A DNA stretch of 64,000 bases from Oscillospiraceae bacterium. GTDB taxonomy: Bacteria > Bacillota > Clostridia > Oscillospirales > Oscillospiraceae. The stretch spans positions 70 to 64,069 of the forward strand of contig JAGBBD010000029.1 of the NCBI GenBank assembly GCA_017938625.1, in the 5' to 3' direction. This document shows, piece after piece, positions 37,741-45,771 of the stretch (position 1 is the first letter of the stretch; the number at the start of each line of letters is the position of its first letter). Both the position numbers and the translations under genes were made by a program. The notes under the pieces were generated by a model. That model was not told where the DNA came from. It was given only the letters and a program-made list of their open reading frames with translations, and ran no database searches.

Positions 37741-38293
37741 TTTGCGTATCCAGATATGCGGCTCTGCCTGTTGTGTAGAGGTTGTTGCCCTCTGCGTCGA
37801 TGATGACGATCACAGGGAAATCCTCCACTTCCAGTCTGCGGATGGCCTCTGCGCCAAGATCCTCGTATGCAATGACCTCGGACTTTTTGATGCACTTGCT
37901 CAGCAGCGCACCACAGCCGCCAATGGCGCCGAAGTAAACAGCGCCGTGCTCCTTCATGGCTGCAATGACCTCATCGCTGCGCTTGCCCTTGCCGATCATG
38001 CCGGTCTGACCAAGCTTGATCATGGTGGGGCTGTAGGCATCCATGCGATAGGAAGTGGTAGGGCCTGCGGAGCCGATGGCTTGTCCCGGCTTGGCAGGGG
38101 TGGGGCCGACAAAGTAGATCATGGCGTCTTTGACGTCCATGGGCAGTTCCTTGCCTTGATCCGCCAATTCGCACAGACGCTTATGGGCGGCGTCACGGGC
38201 GGTGTAGATCACGCCGGAGATCAGACAGCTGTCGCCTGCCTTCAGTTTCCGGGCTTCTTCTCTTGTCATAGGTGCTTTGATGGAGATAGGCAT
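37736..38293 (-). CDS. Fe-S hydro-lyase beta subunit (class I fumarate hydratase / tartrate dehydratase type)
   Basis: SGVIYTARDAAHKRL...GPTTS.RMD pattern. Abuts the alpha subunit. Confidence 0.85.
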   Translation of the reverse strand: MPISIKAPMTREEARKLKAGDSCLISGVIYTARDAAHKRLCELADQGKELPMDVKDAMIYFVGPTPAKPGQAIGSAGPTTSYRMDAYSPTMIKLGQTGMIGKGKRSDEVIAAMKEHGAVYFGAIGGCGALLSKCIKKSEVIAYEDLGAEAIRRLEVEDFPVIVIIDAEGNNLYTTGRAAYLDTQK

Positions 38294-39133
38294 TTACAGC
38301 ACCTCCTTCTGATGTCTTGTCACATGGCAGTTGATGTTGACTGCAATGGGCAGCCCTGCAATGTGGGTGGGGCAGACTTCAATGTTTACCGCAAGGGCAG
38401 TAGTTCTGCCGCCGAAACCCTGAGGGCCGATGCCAAGGGCGTTGATCTTTTCCAGCATTTCTTTTTCCAGTTCTGCATAGAAGGGAATGGGGCTTTCCGA
38501 ATCCGCGGCGCGCAGGAGCGCCTGCTTTGCCATCAGAGCCGCCTTGTCGAAGGTGCCGCCAATGCCCACGCCTACCACCACAGGGGGACAGGGATTGGGA
38601 CCTGCGTCTTCCACGACCTTGAGAATGAAGTCCTTCACGCCCTGCAGCCCGTCCGAAGGCTTGAGCATCTTGATCTGGCTCATGTTTTCACTACCAAAGC
38701 CCTTGGGTGCGACTGTGATCTCCACCTTGTCGCCGGGCACCAGATCGTAATAGATCATAGCGGGGGTGTTGTCACCGGTGTTGACTCTGTCCAGAGGATC
38801 ACGCACCACGGATTTTCTCAGATAGCCTTCTCCGTAGCCCTGACGCACGCCTTCATGAATGGCCTGCGTCAAATCGCCGTTGATATGGACTTCCTGCCCG
38901 ACTTTCACAAACACACAGGCCATGCCGGTGTCCTGACAGATGGGCGCGTTCTGCTGATCTGCGATCTCATAGTTTTCTTTGATCCGATCCAGAATCTCCT
39001 GTGCCTGGGGCCAGGTCTCTTTGCTGCGGCAGGTTTCAATGCAGTTTTTTACATCTTGAGGCAGATGGCAGTTGGCTTCGATACACAGCCGTTTGACCAC
39101 TTCGGTGATCTTTTCGGCGGAAAGTTCACGCAT
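38294..39133 (-). CDS. Fe-S hydro-lyase alpha subunit (class I fumarate hydratase type, 279 aa)
   Basis: CQDTGMA and GVGIGGT motifs. The ATG at 39133 follows GGAGG. Confidence 0.85.
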   Translation of the reverse strand: MRELSAEKITEVVKRLCIEANCHLPQDVKNCIETCRSKETWPQAQEILDRIKENYEIADQQNAPICQDTGMACVFVKVGQEVHINGDLTQAIHEGVRQGYGEGYLRKSVVRDPLDRVNTGDNTPAMIYYDLVPGDKVEITVAPKGFGSENMSQIKMLKPSDGLQGVKDFILKVVEDAGPNPCPPVVVGVGIGGTFDKAALMAKQALLRAADSESPIPFYAELEKEMLEKINALGIGPQGFGGRTTALAVNIEVCPTHIAGLPIAVNINCHVTRHQKEVL

Positions 39134-39244
39134 ATGAGATACCTCCTGAGTATTTGCTTTCATTATATCGCAGCTTTCCTCGTGTTGCAATAAGAAAAGG
39201 ACTGCAAAGCAGTCCTGAAAAAGTCAAGCAAAAAATGCACCAAT

Positions 39245-40467
39245 TTTTTATGCGTTATTTTGTGCATTTTAGAGCATGACGAATAGGCCACCAGCCCGGG
39301 CCGTCTGGTAGCCTTTCCACTTTATCCCCCAATTTTTGCACAATTATATATTAAATGTGGACAACTGGCGCGGAAACACCCGCCGTTTCTGCCCATTCGG
39401 CCAGCGCTGTGTTTGCGCAGACGCCGCCTAAAATCCCTCTCGGGTAGTTGTTCATCCAGTTTTCGATTTCTTTTACCTGTTTGGCGGTCACTTCTGCCAG
39501 GTTGGTCCCCTTCGGAAGCCACCGGCGGATAAGGATGTTTGCGTTCTCGTTGCTGCCTCGCTCAAAGGCGCTGTACGGATGACAGTAATATACGTGTGTC
39601 CGCTTCTGCTTTGTCAGGCACGACCGCTCTATGCCCTCGCAGTCCGCGAACTCGCTACCGTTGTCCACAGTTATCGTGTGGAAGATGCTGCGGAACAGCC
39701 GGGACCCCAGTTTTCTTTCCAGCCGGTCCAGCGCTTTGACCGTGCTCGCCATGGTGCCATCCGGCATCTTTATGATGACCTCCCGCCGGAACTTCCGCTC
39801 CGTCAGAACTAACAGCCTGTGCAAATCTCCCTTGCAGCTCTCCACCGTGTCCATCTCCCAGTCACCGAAGAACTCCCGCTGCGCGATCTCCTGCGGGCGG
39901 TCCTCAATGCTGTCGCCCTTGGGCAGCCGGGCGGCGCGCACCTTCCGATACGCTTTGTTCTTCTTGGCCTTCCGGGGCAAGTTCTTATTTGTGATGCCCA
40001 GGAAAACGCCCTTTGTGATGTAGGAGTACAGCGTCCACTTGGAGATCGTCACGGAGAAGGTCAGCCCCTCCTCCTTGATCTTATACAGAACCGCCTCCGG
40101 GGAATACTTCTCGTTTACGATCTTGTCCTCGATGTACGCGGCCAGCGCGTAGTCGCTGCCCAGTTTCAGGGCCGGACCCTTTGCCGCGAGGTTAGCCTGG
40201 TATTTGTTCTCGGCCACATCCGGGCAATACACTTCTCTGTCGATCAGGTCCGTTGTGCGCTGGATAGCCGCGCCCCGCTTCAACTCCCGGTAGATGGTGG
40301 TGCTGTGTACGTGTAGGGCAGCCGCAATTTCCTTGGGCTTCTTTCCCTCTTTCAGCATCTTCTCAATTTTCAATCGGTCTTTCCACTTGAGATGGGAAAA
40401 GCGCCGTCCTTTTTCGCTGCTCATGGTTGGTATCCTCCTTTTGTGTGGGGATAATAACCCATAAAAA
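39245..40467 (-). mobile_element. IS30-family insertion sequence (boundaries tentative, ~1.22 kb)
   Basis: Single transposase ORF. The only terminal inverted repeat I could find is TTTTTATGCGTTATT (39245-59) against AATAACCCATAAAAA (40453-67), 14/15 complementary. No clear target duplication was seen. Confidence 0.55.
39351..40424 (-). CDS. IS30-family DDE transposase (357 aa)
   Basis: N-terminal HTH (HLKWKDRLKIEKMLKEGKKPKEIAAALHVHSTTIYRELKRG). The catalytic core has GDWEMDTV, ITVDNGSEF and the YYCHPYSAFERGSNEN region typical of IS30. Confidence 0.92.
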   Translation of the reverse strand: MSSEKGRRFSHLKWKDRLKIEKMLKEGKKPKEIAAALHVHSTTIYRELKRGAAIQRTTDLIDREVYCPDVAENKYQANLAAKGPALKLGSDYALAAYIEDKIVNEKYSPEAVLYKIKEEGLTFSVTISKWTLYSYITKGVFLGITNKNLPRKAKKNKAYRKVRAARLPKGDSIEDRPQEIAQREFFGDWEMDTVESCKGDLHRLLVLTERKFRREVIIKMPDGTMASTVKALDRLERKLGSRLFRSIFHTITVDNGSEFADCEGIERSCLTKQKRTHVYYCHPYSAFERGSNENANILIRRWLPKGTNLAEVTAKQVKEIENWMNNYPRGILGGVCANTALAEWAETAGVSAPVVHI

Positions 40468-40504
40468 CGCAGAATGTCAAGCGCTCAAAGCCCCAAAACC
40501 AGAA

Positions 40505-40533
40505 ATGACGTAGGCTTGTAAAGCCTACGTCAT
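40505..40533. terminator. Hairpin terminator downstream of the XRE gene
   Basis: ATGACGTAGGCTT-GTA-AAGCCTACGTCAT is a 13-bp perfect stem with T-rich flanks on both strands. Confidence 0.7.
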
Positions 40534-40535
40534 AA

Positions 40536-40784
40536 TTATTTTTCGTCGGGTTCCATCAGCCAGTCCGCCGTGACGCCCAGCACCTCCGCGAGGGCGCGCA
40601 GCTCATAGTCCTGCACCATGCGGCTGCCATTTTCTATCCGGCTGATCGCGTCCTGTTCCAGGATGACGCCGGTGGTCTGCACCTTTGCTGCCAAGTCCGC
40701 CTGTGTCAGGCGTTTCTTTGTTCTCATTTGGCGGACCCGCTCACCCGACACATTCCGGCGTCCGTCGAGATCGTATATCTTCAC
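40536..40784 (-). CDS. XRE/Cro-CI-family helix-turn-helix regulator (82 aa)
   Basis: GERVRQMRTKKRLTQADLAAKV......ISRIENG HTH_3 pattern. Confidence 0.88.
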   Translation of the reverse strand: MKIYDLDGRRNVSGERVRQMRTKKRLTQADLAAKVQTTGVILEQDAISRIENGSRMVQDYELRALAEVLGVTADWLMEPDEK

Positions 40785-40809
40785 GTGTGTTCGCTCCTCG
40801 CATGGGGTA

Positions 40810-40871
40810 TTTCCATAATTTATTTGACTTTACCATAAAATCTGATATTCTTATGGTAATATCCCATAATT
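40810..40871. promoter_or_regulatory. Divergent promoter/operator region with CCATAA half-sites
   Basis: Perfect 9-bp inverted repeat TTACCATAA-N12-TTATGGTAA (40830-40859). Two further CCATAATT copies lie at 40814 and 40864. TTGACT lies at 40825-40830 and TAATAT at 40857-40862. The region sits between the divergent XRE and SAP-domain genes. Confidence 0.6.
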
Positions 40872-40901
40872 GCGCAGAAAAGCACGAAAGGCGGCGAGCG
40901 A

Positions 40902-41867
40902 ATGGGTCTGTTCTCTTTCTTCAAACCATCTGCAATGGGTAACGTGGGAGGCCTTGGCAGCGTACCGCATACCGCCGACCTGTTATATCCCGCTCCGCTT
41001 GTGCGTTTCGAGGAGCTTGCGGACGGCGGGCATAGCGACCCCCGTGCGCTGTATTATGCCATCCGCTACATAAGCCCGCACGGGAAGCGTCCTTTTTCTA
41101 CCGATGCCTTGAGCGGCCTTGACTTTGGCCGAAACTCTGACGCCCTTCGTCTCCTCGTCCGCCTCGGATATATACGCGAGATAAGCGCGGCCCGCTCCCT
41201 TGCGGAGCTTTACTCCAAGGATGAGCTGCAAGCCTTCCTACGTGAGCGCGGCCTGCCCGTCAAAGGGAACAAGGCCCAGCTTTCCGAAAGGCTTCATAAA
41301 AGCGGCTTCTGCCCCACAGAAAAGAAACGCCGTCGAAAACAGTATGAGCTTACCGACGCCGGGCGAGCACTGATAGAGGAGCACGACGCGGATAAAAGCG
41401 ACATCATCCTCGACGCCACCCTTGCCATAAAGCAATCGGACTACTCCGGCGCGATCTCCGCATACCGTGACTATGACAGCCGGTGGGGCTTCGTTCACAC
41501 CTCCGGGAAAAACCACACAATTTTTGCCCACTACGACGTGCCATTCAGCCGCTTCGACTTCTTGGCTCACTACTCTATGCGGGAACTGCAAAACTCCTCT
41601 GATTTCCGGGATGCACTACGGGCGTGCCTGATTGCCGGGCTTATGCGCGGCGAACAGGAAAGCGTGGAACTGGCCCACTGTTTCCGCGAAGTGTGCCACG
41701 AACAAATTGTGTGCCCGAATATCACGCACTACTTCTCCATGGATGACTTCGACTATGGCACCGCCGCCGCAATACGTGCCTCCATGGAACGAAACGCCGC
41801 AGCGGATAGCCGGTGTGTGTTGGAATACTATATTTCCCGCATTCTCTACATGAGCAGGCGGGCCTAA
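40902..41867 (+). CDS. Hypothetical protein with a SAP-like DNA-binding motif (321 aa)
   Basis: ELQAFLRERGLPVKGNKAQLSERL matches the SAP helix-extended-helix pattern. The rest is unrecognised. The RBS is GGCGG/GAAAGG. Confidence 0.6.
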   Translation: MGLFSFFKPSAMGNVGGLGSVPHTADLLYPAPLVRFEELADGGHSDPRALYYAIRYISPHGKRPFSTDALSGLDFGRNSDALRLLVRLGYIREISAARSLAELYSKDELQAFLRERGLPVKGNKAQLSERLHKSGFCPTEKKRRRKQYELTDAGRALIEEHDADKSDIILDATLAIKQSDYSGAISAYRDYDSRWGFVHTSGKNHTIFAHYDVPFSRFDFLAHYSMRELQNSSDFRDALRACLIAGLMRGEQESVELAHCFREVCHEQIVCPNITHYFSMDDFDYGTAAAIRASMERNAAADSRCVLEYYISRILYMSRRA

Positions 41868-41874
41868 AACACAA

Positions 41875-41920
41875 AAAATCCCCCGGCAAGGTCCGTCACT
41901 TGGACCCGCCGGGGGATTTT
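41875..41920. terminator. Bidirectional terminator between the convergent SAP-domain gene and holin gene
   Basis: AAAATCCCCCGGC...GCCGGGGGATTTT with an inner GGTCC/GGACC stem. Confidence 0.8.
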
Positions 41921-41923
41921 GCA

Positions 41924-42232
41924 TTAGAAATACTGTTTAATCTGGTTTGCAGCCTCTTTGAACTTATCGAAGCCGAACATGGCCGCGTAGGCCACGGCAA
42001 AGCCGACCACTACGGCAGCGGCCACATAGTACCACAGGACTGCGATGCCCATGTATGCAGCCCACGCGAAGAAAGCAACCAGCGTCAGCACCATGGCGAC
42101 GATGATTGCCAGCAGGTTCGTGGGCAGCTTGTCCCAGGTGGCCTTCTTCAACACCTGCACAATGATGTTGGTCAGCACGGTCAGCGCGCCAACAATGGCG
42201 ATCAGGGTGGAAATGATAAGCGCAATTTCCAT
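41924..42232 (-). CDS. Holin-like membrane protein (102 aa, 3 predicted TM segments)
   Basis: Three hydrophobic segments plus a charged C-terminus. Located immediately downstream of the endolysin. RBS AAGGAGAA. Confidence 0.7.
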   Translation of the reverse strand: MEIALIISTLIAIVGALTVLTNIIVQVLKKATWDKLPTNLLAIIVAMVLTLVAFFAWAAYMGIAVLWYYVAAAVVVGFAVAYAAMFGFDKFKEAANQIKQYF

Positions 42233-42247
42233 ATCGTTCTCCTTCTC

Positions 42248-43771
42248 TTACTTGGCAGGGATTTTCAAAACCTGCCCGATCTTGATGATGGTGGATTTCA
42301 TGCCGTTTACCTGCATGATCTCCTTGTACCTGCTCCCGTTCCCGAGATAGGTATTTGCCAGCGCCCAAAGGCTGTCGCCACGGACAACGGTGTGCGTGCG
42401 GTAGCCGTTGGCGTTGGAGCTGCTGCCGCCGATGTCAGCGGCGTCTACCCAGCCGTACACGGTACTTCCGCCGCCGGTCTGGCGCACCAGGTGATAGGGA
42501 TGCTTCGCGCCCTTTGCGATGGCCGTCACCTTGGCCTTGCCCGGCTTGCAGGCGGGGCCTGCGGAGGCGTTGGCGCTGGCGTAGTGCTTTGCGCCGGTGA
42601 ACTCCACGATGTCGCCCACCTGGTAAGTCAAGCCGGTTGAGGCCGCAGGCTTCTCCGCTGCGCCGTCATAGGTGACATAGGGCAGCTTGCCGTGCTTGGT
42701 CCACTTCCGGGCGTTGTACCCGTCCTTGGTGCCGATGTTCTTAACTGCGGTGATCTGCACCTTGTTATCCCATGCGGGAGTACATTCCACAGCCAGTCCG
42801 TCGCCGATGTAGATGCCGATGTGACCAGAGCACCACAGCGCTTCGCCGATCTCCATACTGTCCCAGCCGGTCGCAGACACGCCGGAACACTTGGCGATCA
42901 TGCTGTCCGCTCCGATGTCCGGCACGCCGTTGGTGCCGTACTTGGCCCCGCCGTAGGTTTTGGAGCTGTCGCCGTCCCATCCCCACAGAATAGCCTTGAT
43001 AAGGCACACACAATCAAAGCCGAAATAGCCCTGGCCGATCAGCTTGCGGAAGGCCGCCTGCTTCTTCGCGGTGTACCACTCGGGATACTGCTTCGACTTC
43101 CCGGCGATCAGCGCCTCGCTGATAGGAGCGCCGAATACGCCCCACATATACACAGTGTTGTGGTTCTTGGCGATGTCAACCGCCTTCGCCACAAGTTCCT
43201 TTGCGGTCATCTTGGTTCCTCCGTTTCCGCTGTTCGTGCCGGTGACGGATTTCCCGCCGCCGTACTTGTTGAAATACTGCTGGCCGTAACCCGCCCGCTT
43301 CGCCTTCACGGCGCTGCCCTGGTCGGCAGGCCGCTCGAACTGGGTGAGCACGATGTCGGATGCTTCCTGCACGCTGGCGGTAGTCGTCAGCACGGCCAGC
43401 ACCTTCTTGTAGTTCTCCCGCAGCTCCTTCACAAGGAAGTCGAGCTGCATTTCCAGGTCTCCGATGCTCTTGCGGCAGCTCATGGCATAGTCCAGCAGCT
43501 CCGCTTTTCGTGAGCAGAAGGTCCACTGTGCCAGGCCGTAACCCGCGCTGTCATAGGCGAAGGCTTGATACTTCCCGTTGTCCACCGCTGCCGTGTACGT
43601 GGCGTCAGTGTACCCCAGCTTCTTCTCGTAGCTGTTCTGCAAATTGGTGGGTATCAGGCCGCTCTCCGCGTAGAGGTTGCCCATCAGGCCCGCTACGCCG
43701 TGGTCGGTCAGCCCCGCCGCCTTGAGATGGTTCCAGGTTTTTTCCTCGTTGGTTTTGCCCGTCAGGGCCAT
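42248..43771 (-). CDS. Multidomain endolysin: lysozyme-like N-terminal domain + NlpC/P60-like peptidase + SH3b-like + LysM
   Basis: N-terminus GLMGNLYAESG...GYGLAQWT (phage tail-lysozyme-like). Central region has FDCVCLIK...GHIGIYIG (Cys/His peptidase). An SH3-like segment ends in YGWVD. The C-terminal LysM is HTVVRGDSLWALA...YKEIMQVNG. Confidence 0.85.
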   Translation of the reverse strand: MALTGKTNEEKTWNHLKAAGLTDHGVAGLMGNLYAESGLIPTNLQNSYEKKLGYTDATYTAAVDNGKYQAFAYDSAGYGLAQWTFCSRKAELLDYAMSCRKSIGDLEMQLDFLVKELRENYKKVLAVLTTTASVQEASDIVLTQFERPADQGSAVKAKRAGYGQQYFNKYGGGKSVTGTNSGNGGTKMTAKELVAKAVDIAKNHNTVYMWGVFGAPISEALIAGKSKQYPEWYTAKKQAAFRKLIGQGYFGFDCVCLIKAILWGWDGDSSKTYGGAKYGTNGVPDIGADSMIAKCSGVSATGWDSMEIGEALWCSGHIGIYIGDGLAVECTPAWDNKVQITAVKNIGTKDGYNARKWTKHGKLPYVTYDGAAEKPAASTGLTYQVGDIVEFTGAKHYASANASAGPACKPGKAKVTAIAKGAKHPYHLVRQTGGGSTVYGWVDAADIGGSSSNANGYRTHTVVRGDSLWALANTYLGNGSRYKEIMQVNGMKSTIIKIGQVLKIPAK

Positions 43772-43784
43772 AGCTCGTCCCTCC

Positions 43785-44192
43785 TTACAGGCCGTCGGTG
43801 GCCGGTTGCGTCGGGTCCTCCGCCGGTTTGGTGGGGTCGCGCTTATCCGGCCACAAATTGTTTTTGCTCAAGTTTTCAATGGCGGATTTGATGGCGTATG
43901 CCAGCACCACGCCGACGATCTCCGTGACCGCTGCCGTAGACAGAGCCTCGGCGATCTGCACCTTATCCAGTGCTGCGAGAATGTAGCTGCACCATACCCA
44001 GGCAAAGCCGTTGCCCAGGCAAATCCATACCACCCGTTTCATGGTTTCGGATTTCTTCTTTTCCTCAACGCCGTCATTGGCCCGGAGGGTGCGTACCCTC
44101 TTTCGCAGGCGCTTGATGGTGCTGCGGCACAGGAAAAGACTAACTCCCGCTCCAATGAAAAAGGCGGCCACGATCATCAAAACGACTTTCAT
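43785..44192 (-). CDS. Membrane protein, possible second holin/lysis accessory (135 aa)
   Basis: The ATG at 44192 follows AAGGAGG. About three hydrophobic segments. Sits between the XhlA-like gene and the endolysin. Confidence 0.55.
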   Translation of the reverse strand: MKVVLMIVAAFFIGAGVSLFLCRSTIKRLRKRVRTLRANDGVEEKKKSETMKRVVWICLGNGFAWVWCSYILAALDKVQIAEALSTAAVTEIVGVVLAYAIKSAIENLSKNNLWPDKRDPTKPAEDPTQPATDGL

Positions 44193-44203
44193 GGCCCGCC
44201 TCC

Positions 44204-44512
44204 TTACATTCCGAACTGGTTGAACACAAAGCCGATGATGATACCGGCGACAGCGGTAGCGATGTAGCCCACGACTTTGCGCCACATCTCACCGTCCCGG
44301 CCTTCCAGCGTTTCAAGGCGCTTGCCCTGCTTCTCCTGCTCTTTGACCATGCTCTCTACACTGGTTGCCAGCTTGCCGACCGAGTTGGTCAGTTGGCCCA
44401 GCTCCCGCACGTTCTCCTCAAGCAGCTCGATACGCTTATCCTGGCGTCGGTTTTCTTCTTCCAGTCTGCGGCGGAACTCCTCATGCTCCGCCCGTGTGAT
44501 AGGAGTGTCCAT
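44204..44512 (-). CDS. XhlA-family (haemolysin XhlA-like) lysis-associated protein
   Basis: N-terminal coiled coil plus a single C-terminal TM (VVGYIATAVAGIIIGFVF), as in PBSX XhlA. RBS GAAGGAGGG. Confidence 0.75.
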   Translation of the reverse strand: MDTPITRAEHEEFRRRLEEENRRQDKRIELLEENVRELGQLTNSVGKLATSVESMVKEQEKQGKRLETLEGRDGEMWRKVVGYIATAVAGIIIGFVFNQFGM

Positions 44513-44584
44513 TGTGACACCCTCCTTCCCCGAGTGATGGCGATACGGGCAGAGGCCGGACGGTGTTCCGCCCGGCCTCTCCGT

Positions 44585-44782
44585 TTACGCTTCTTCCCCC
44601 GGCAGATCATCCGGCCATTCATCGTGACCGATCAGGGCGGTGTACCGGGCCTGCACCCGCTCGATGTCCTCCGCCAATGCCAGGGTGTCGTGCTGTTCGA
44701 GGAGCTTCTGCTGTTCCACCACGATCTTTGCCAGATCGCCGCAGATGCCGCATAGCTCCTCGATGATTTGCAGGTTACTCAC
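44585..44782 (-). CDS. Hypothetical small phage protein (65 aa, GTG start overlapping the XkdX stop)
   Basis: The only open frame filling the gap. The GTG lies within GTGAGTAA. There is no strong RBS. Confidence 0.4.
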   Translation of the reverse strand: MSNLQIIEELCGICGDLAKIVVEQQKLLEQHDTLALAEDIERVQARYTALIGHDEWPDDLPGEEA

Positions 44783-44957
44783 TGATCTCGCCGCCGGGGT
44801 ATTCCTCGCCGGTGATCTCCATGTACAGCTCGGCGCTGATCTTGCCCTCCGCCACGCGGTCGGCAAGCTCCGCCTTGACGCCTTCCTTACGGGAGGCAGG
44901 CACCTCGTCCCAGGTTCTCGTACCGGCTACCAGTCTGTTTGCCCAAATTACGTTCAT
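44775..44957 (-). CDS. XkdX-family small phage protein
   Basis: The ...W.....I.AELYMEITGEEY C-terminal pattern is typical of XkdX. Strong RBS AAGGAGG. Confidence 0.7.
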   Translation of the reverse strand: MNVIWANRLVAGTRTWDEVPASRKEGVKAELADRVAEGKISAELYMEITGEEYPGGEISE

Positions 44958-44973
44958 CAGTTTTTCCTCCTTG

Positions 44974-45345
44974 TTATCCGTTGGTGGCGCTGTCCAGCTC
45001 GCACAGGGCTTCCTCTACGGCTGCCAGCCTTTCCTCCGAAGCGTTGTCCATCTCGCACAGAGCTTCCTCCATGGCGATGATCGCCGCGCCGGTGGTTTCC
45101 TCGTTCTCGATGATGCGGGCGCGGTTGCGGAACACATACTCGGGTGCTTCCGCTTCCTGCACCAGGGCCTCGGGTGCATCAGGGATGGCGCTACCGCCGG
45201 GCAGGTTGTAGACCTCGCCGCCCACGGCGATGCCCTCCGCCTGCTCCTGGGGTGCTTCCACAAAGATGCCGCCCTGGTTTCGCTTCACATAGCGGGGCTG
45301 CTCGCACAGAGCCAGCAGCTCGCCGTTGCTCAAGATTGCATACAT
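44974..45345 (-). CDS. Hypothetical phage protein (123 aa)
   Basis: Strong RBS GAGGAGG. It has an acidic C-terminal half with the duplicated motif EEALCE(M/L)D. No family recognised. Confidence 0.6.
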   Translation of the reverse strand: MYAILSNGELLALCEQPRYVKRNQGGIFVEAPQEQAEGIAVGGEVYNLPGGSAIPDAPEALVQEAEAPEYVFRNRARIIENEETTGAAIIAMEEALCEMDNASEERLAAVEEALCELDSATNG

Positions 45346-45351
45346 GGGTCG

Positions 45352-45771
45352 TTACCTCCTCACTTTGATGTGCAGCGCGTCCGCGAGCTTTTGCAGCTCC
45401 GGCACCTCCGCCGCGAAAAAGTCCTCATTGAACAGAATGACCTCCACATCCTGCCGCAGGAAATGTGCCCACTCCCGTTCCAGCAGCTCGATCTCCTGGT
45501 CGGTGAAGCGCTGCACTCTGCCGTTTTCGCCTTTGCGCACTCTCTGGCTGTACGCGATGGCCCAGGTCAGCTTGCCGCGTTCCAGACCCATCCCGTCATC
45601 ATTCCGGGCGAAATGCTTCTTGGCGTTCTCACTGGTGGCAAAGCACACAGGCTTGCCCTCCTTGGTGATGATGAACTGGCCTGCGGTTTTCAGCTCCGTC
45701 CCGTAGGGGATGTTCAGCGTCTCGCCGCAGGCGGCCAGCTCCTTAAATCTGTTATGGGTGACGTAAATCAT
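45352..45771 (-). CDS. Hypothetical protein translationally coupled to the DGR reverse transcriptase (139 aa)
   Basis: Its ATG overlaps the RT stop codon (ATGA). An alternative GTG lies 6 nt upstream. No family recognised. Confidence 0.6.
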   Translation of the reverse strand: MIYVTHNRFKELAACGETLNIPYGTELKTAGQFIITKEGKPVCFATSENAKKHFARNDDGMGLERGKLTWAIAYSQRVRKGENGRVQRFTDQEIELLEREWAHFLRQDVEVILFNEDFFAAEVPELQKLADALHIKVRR

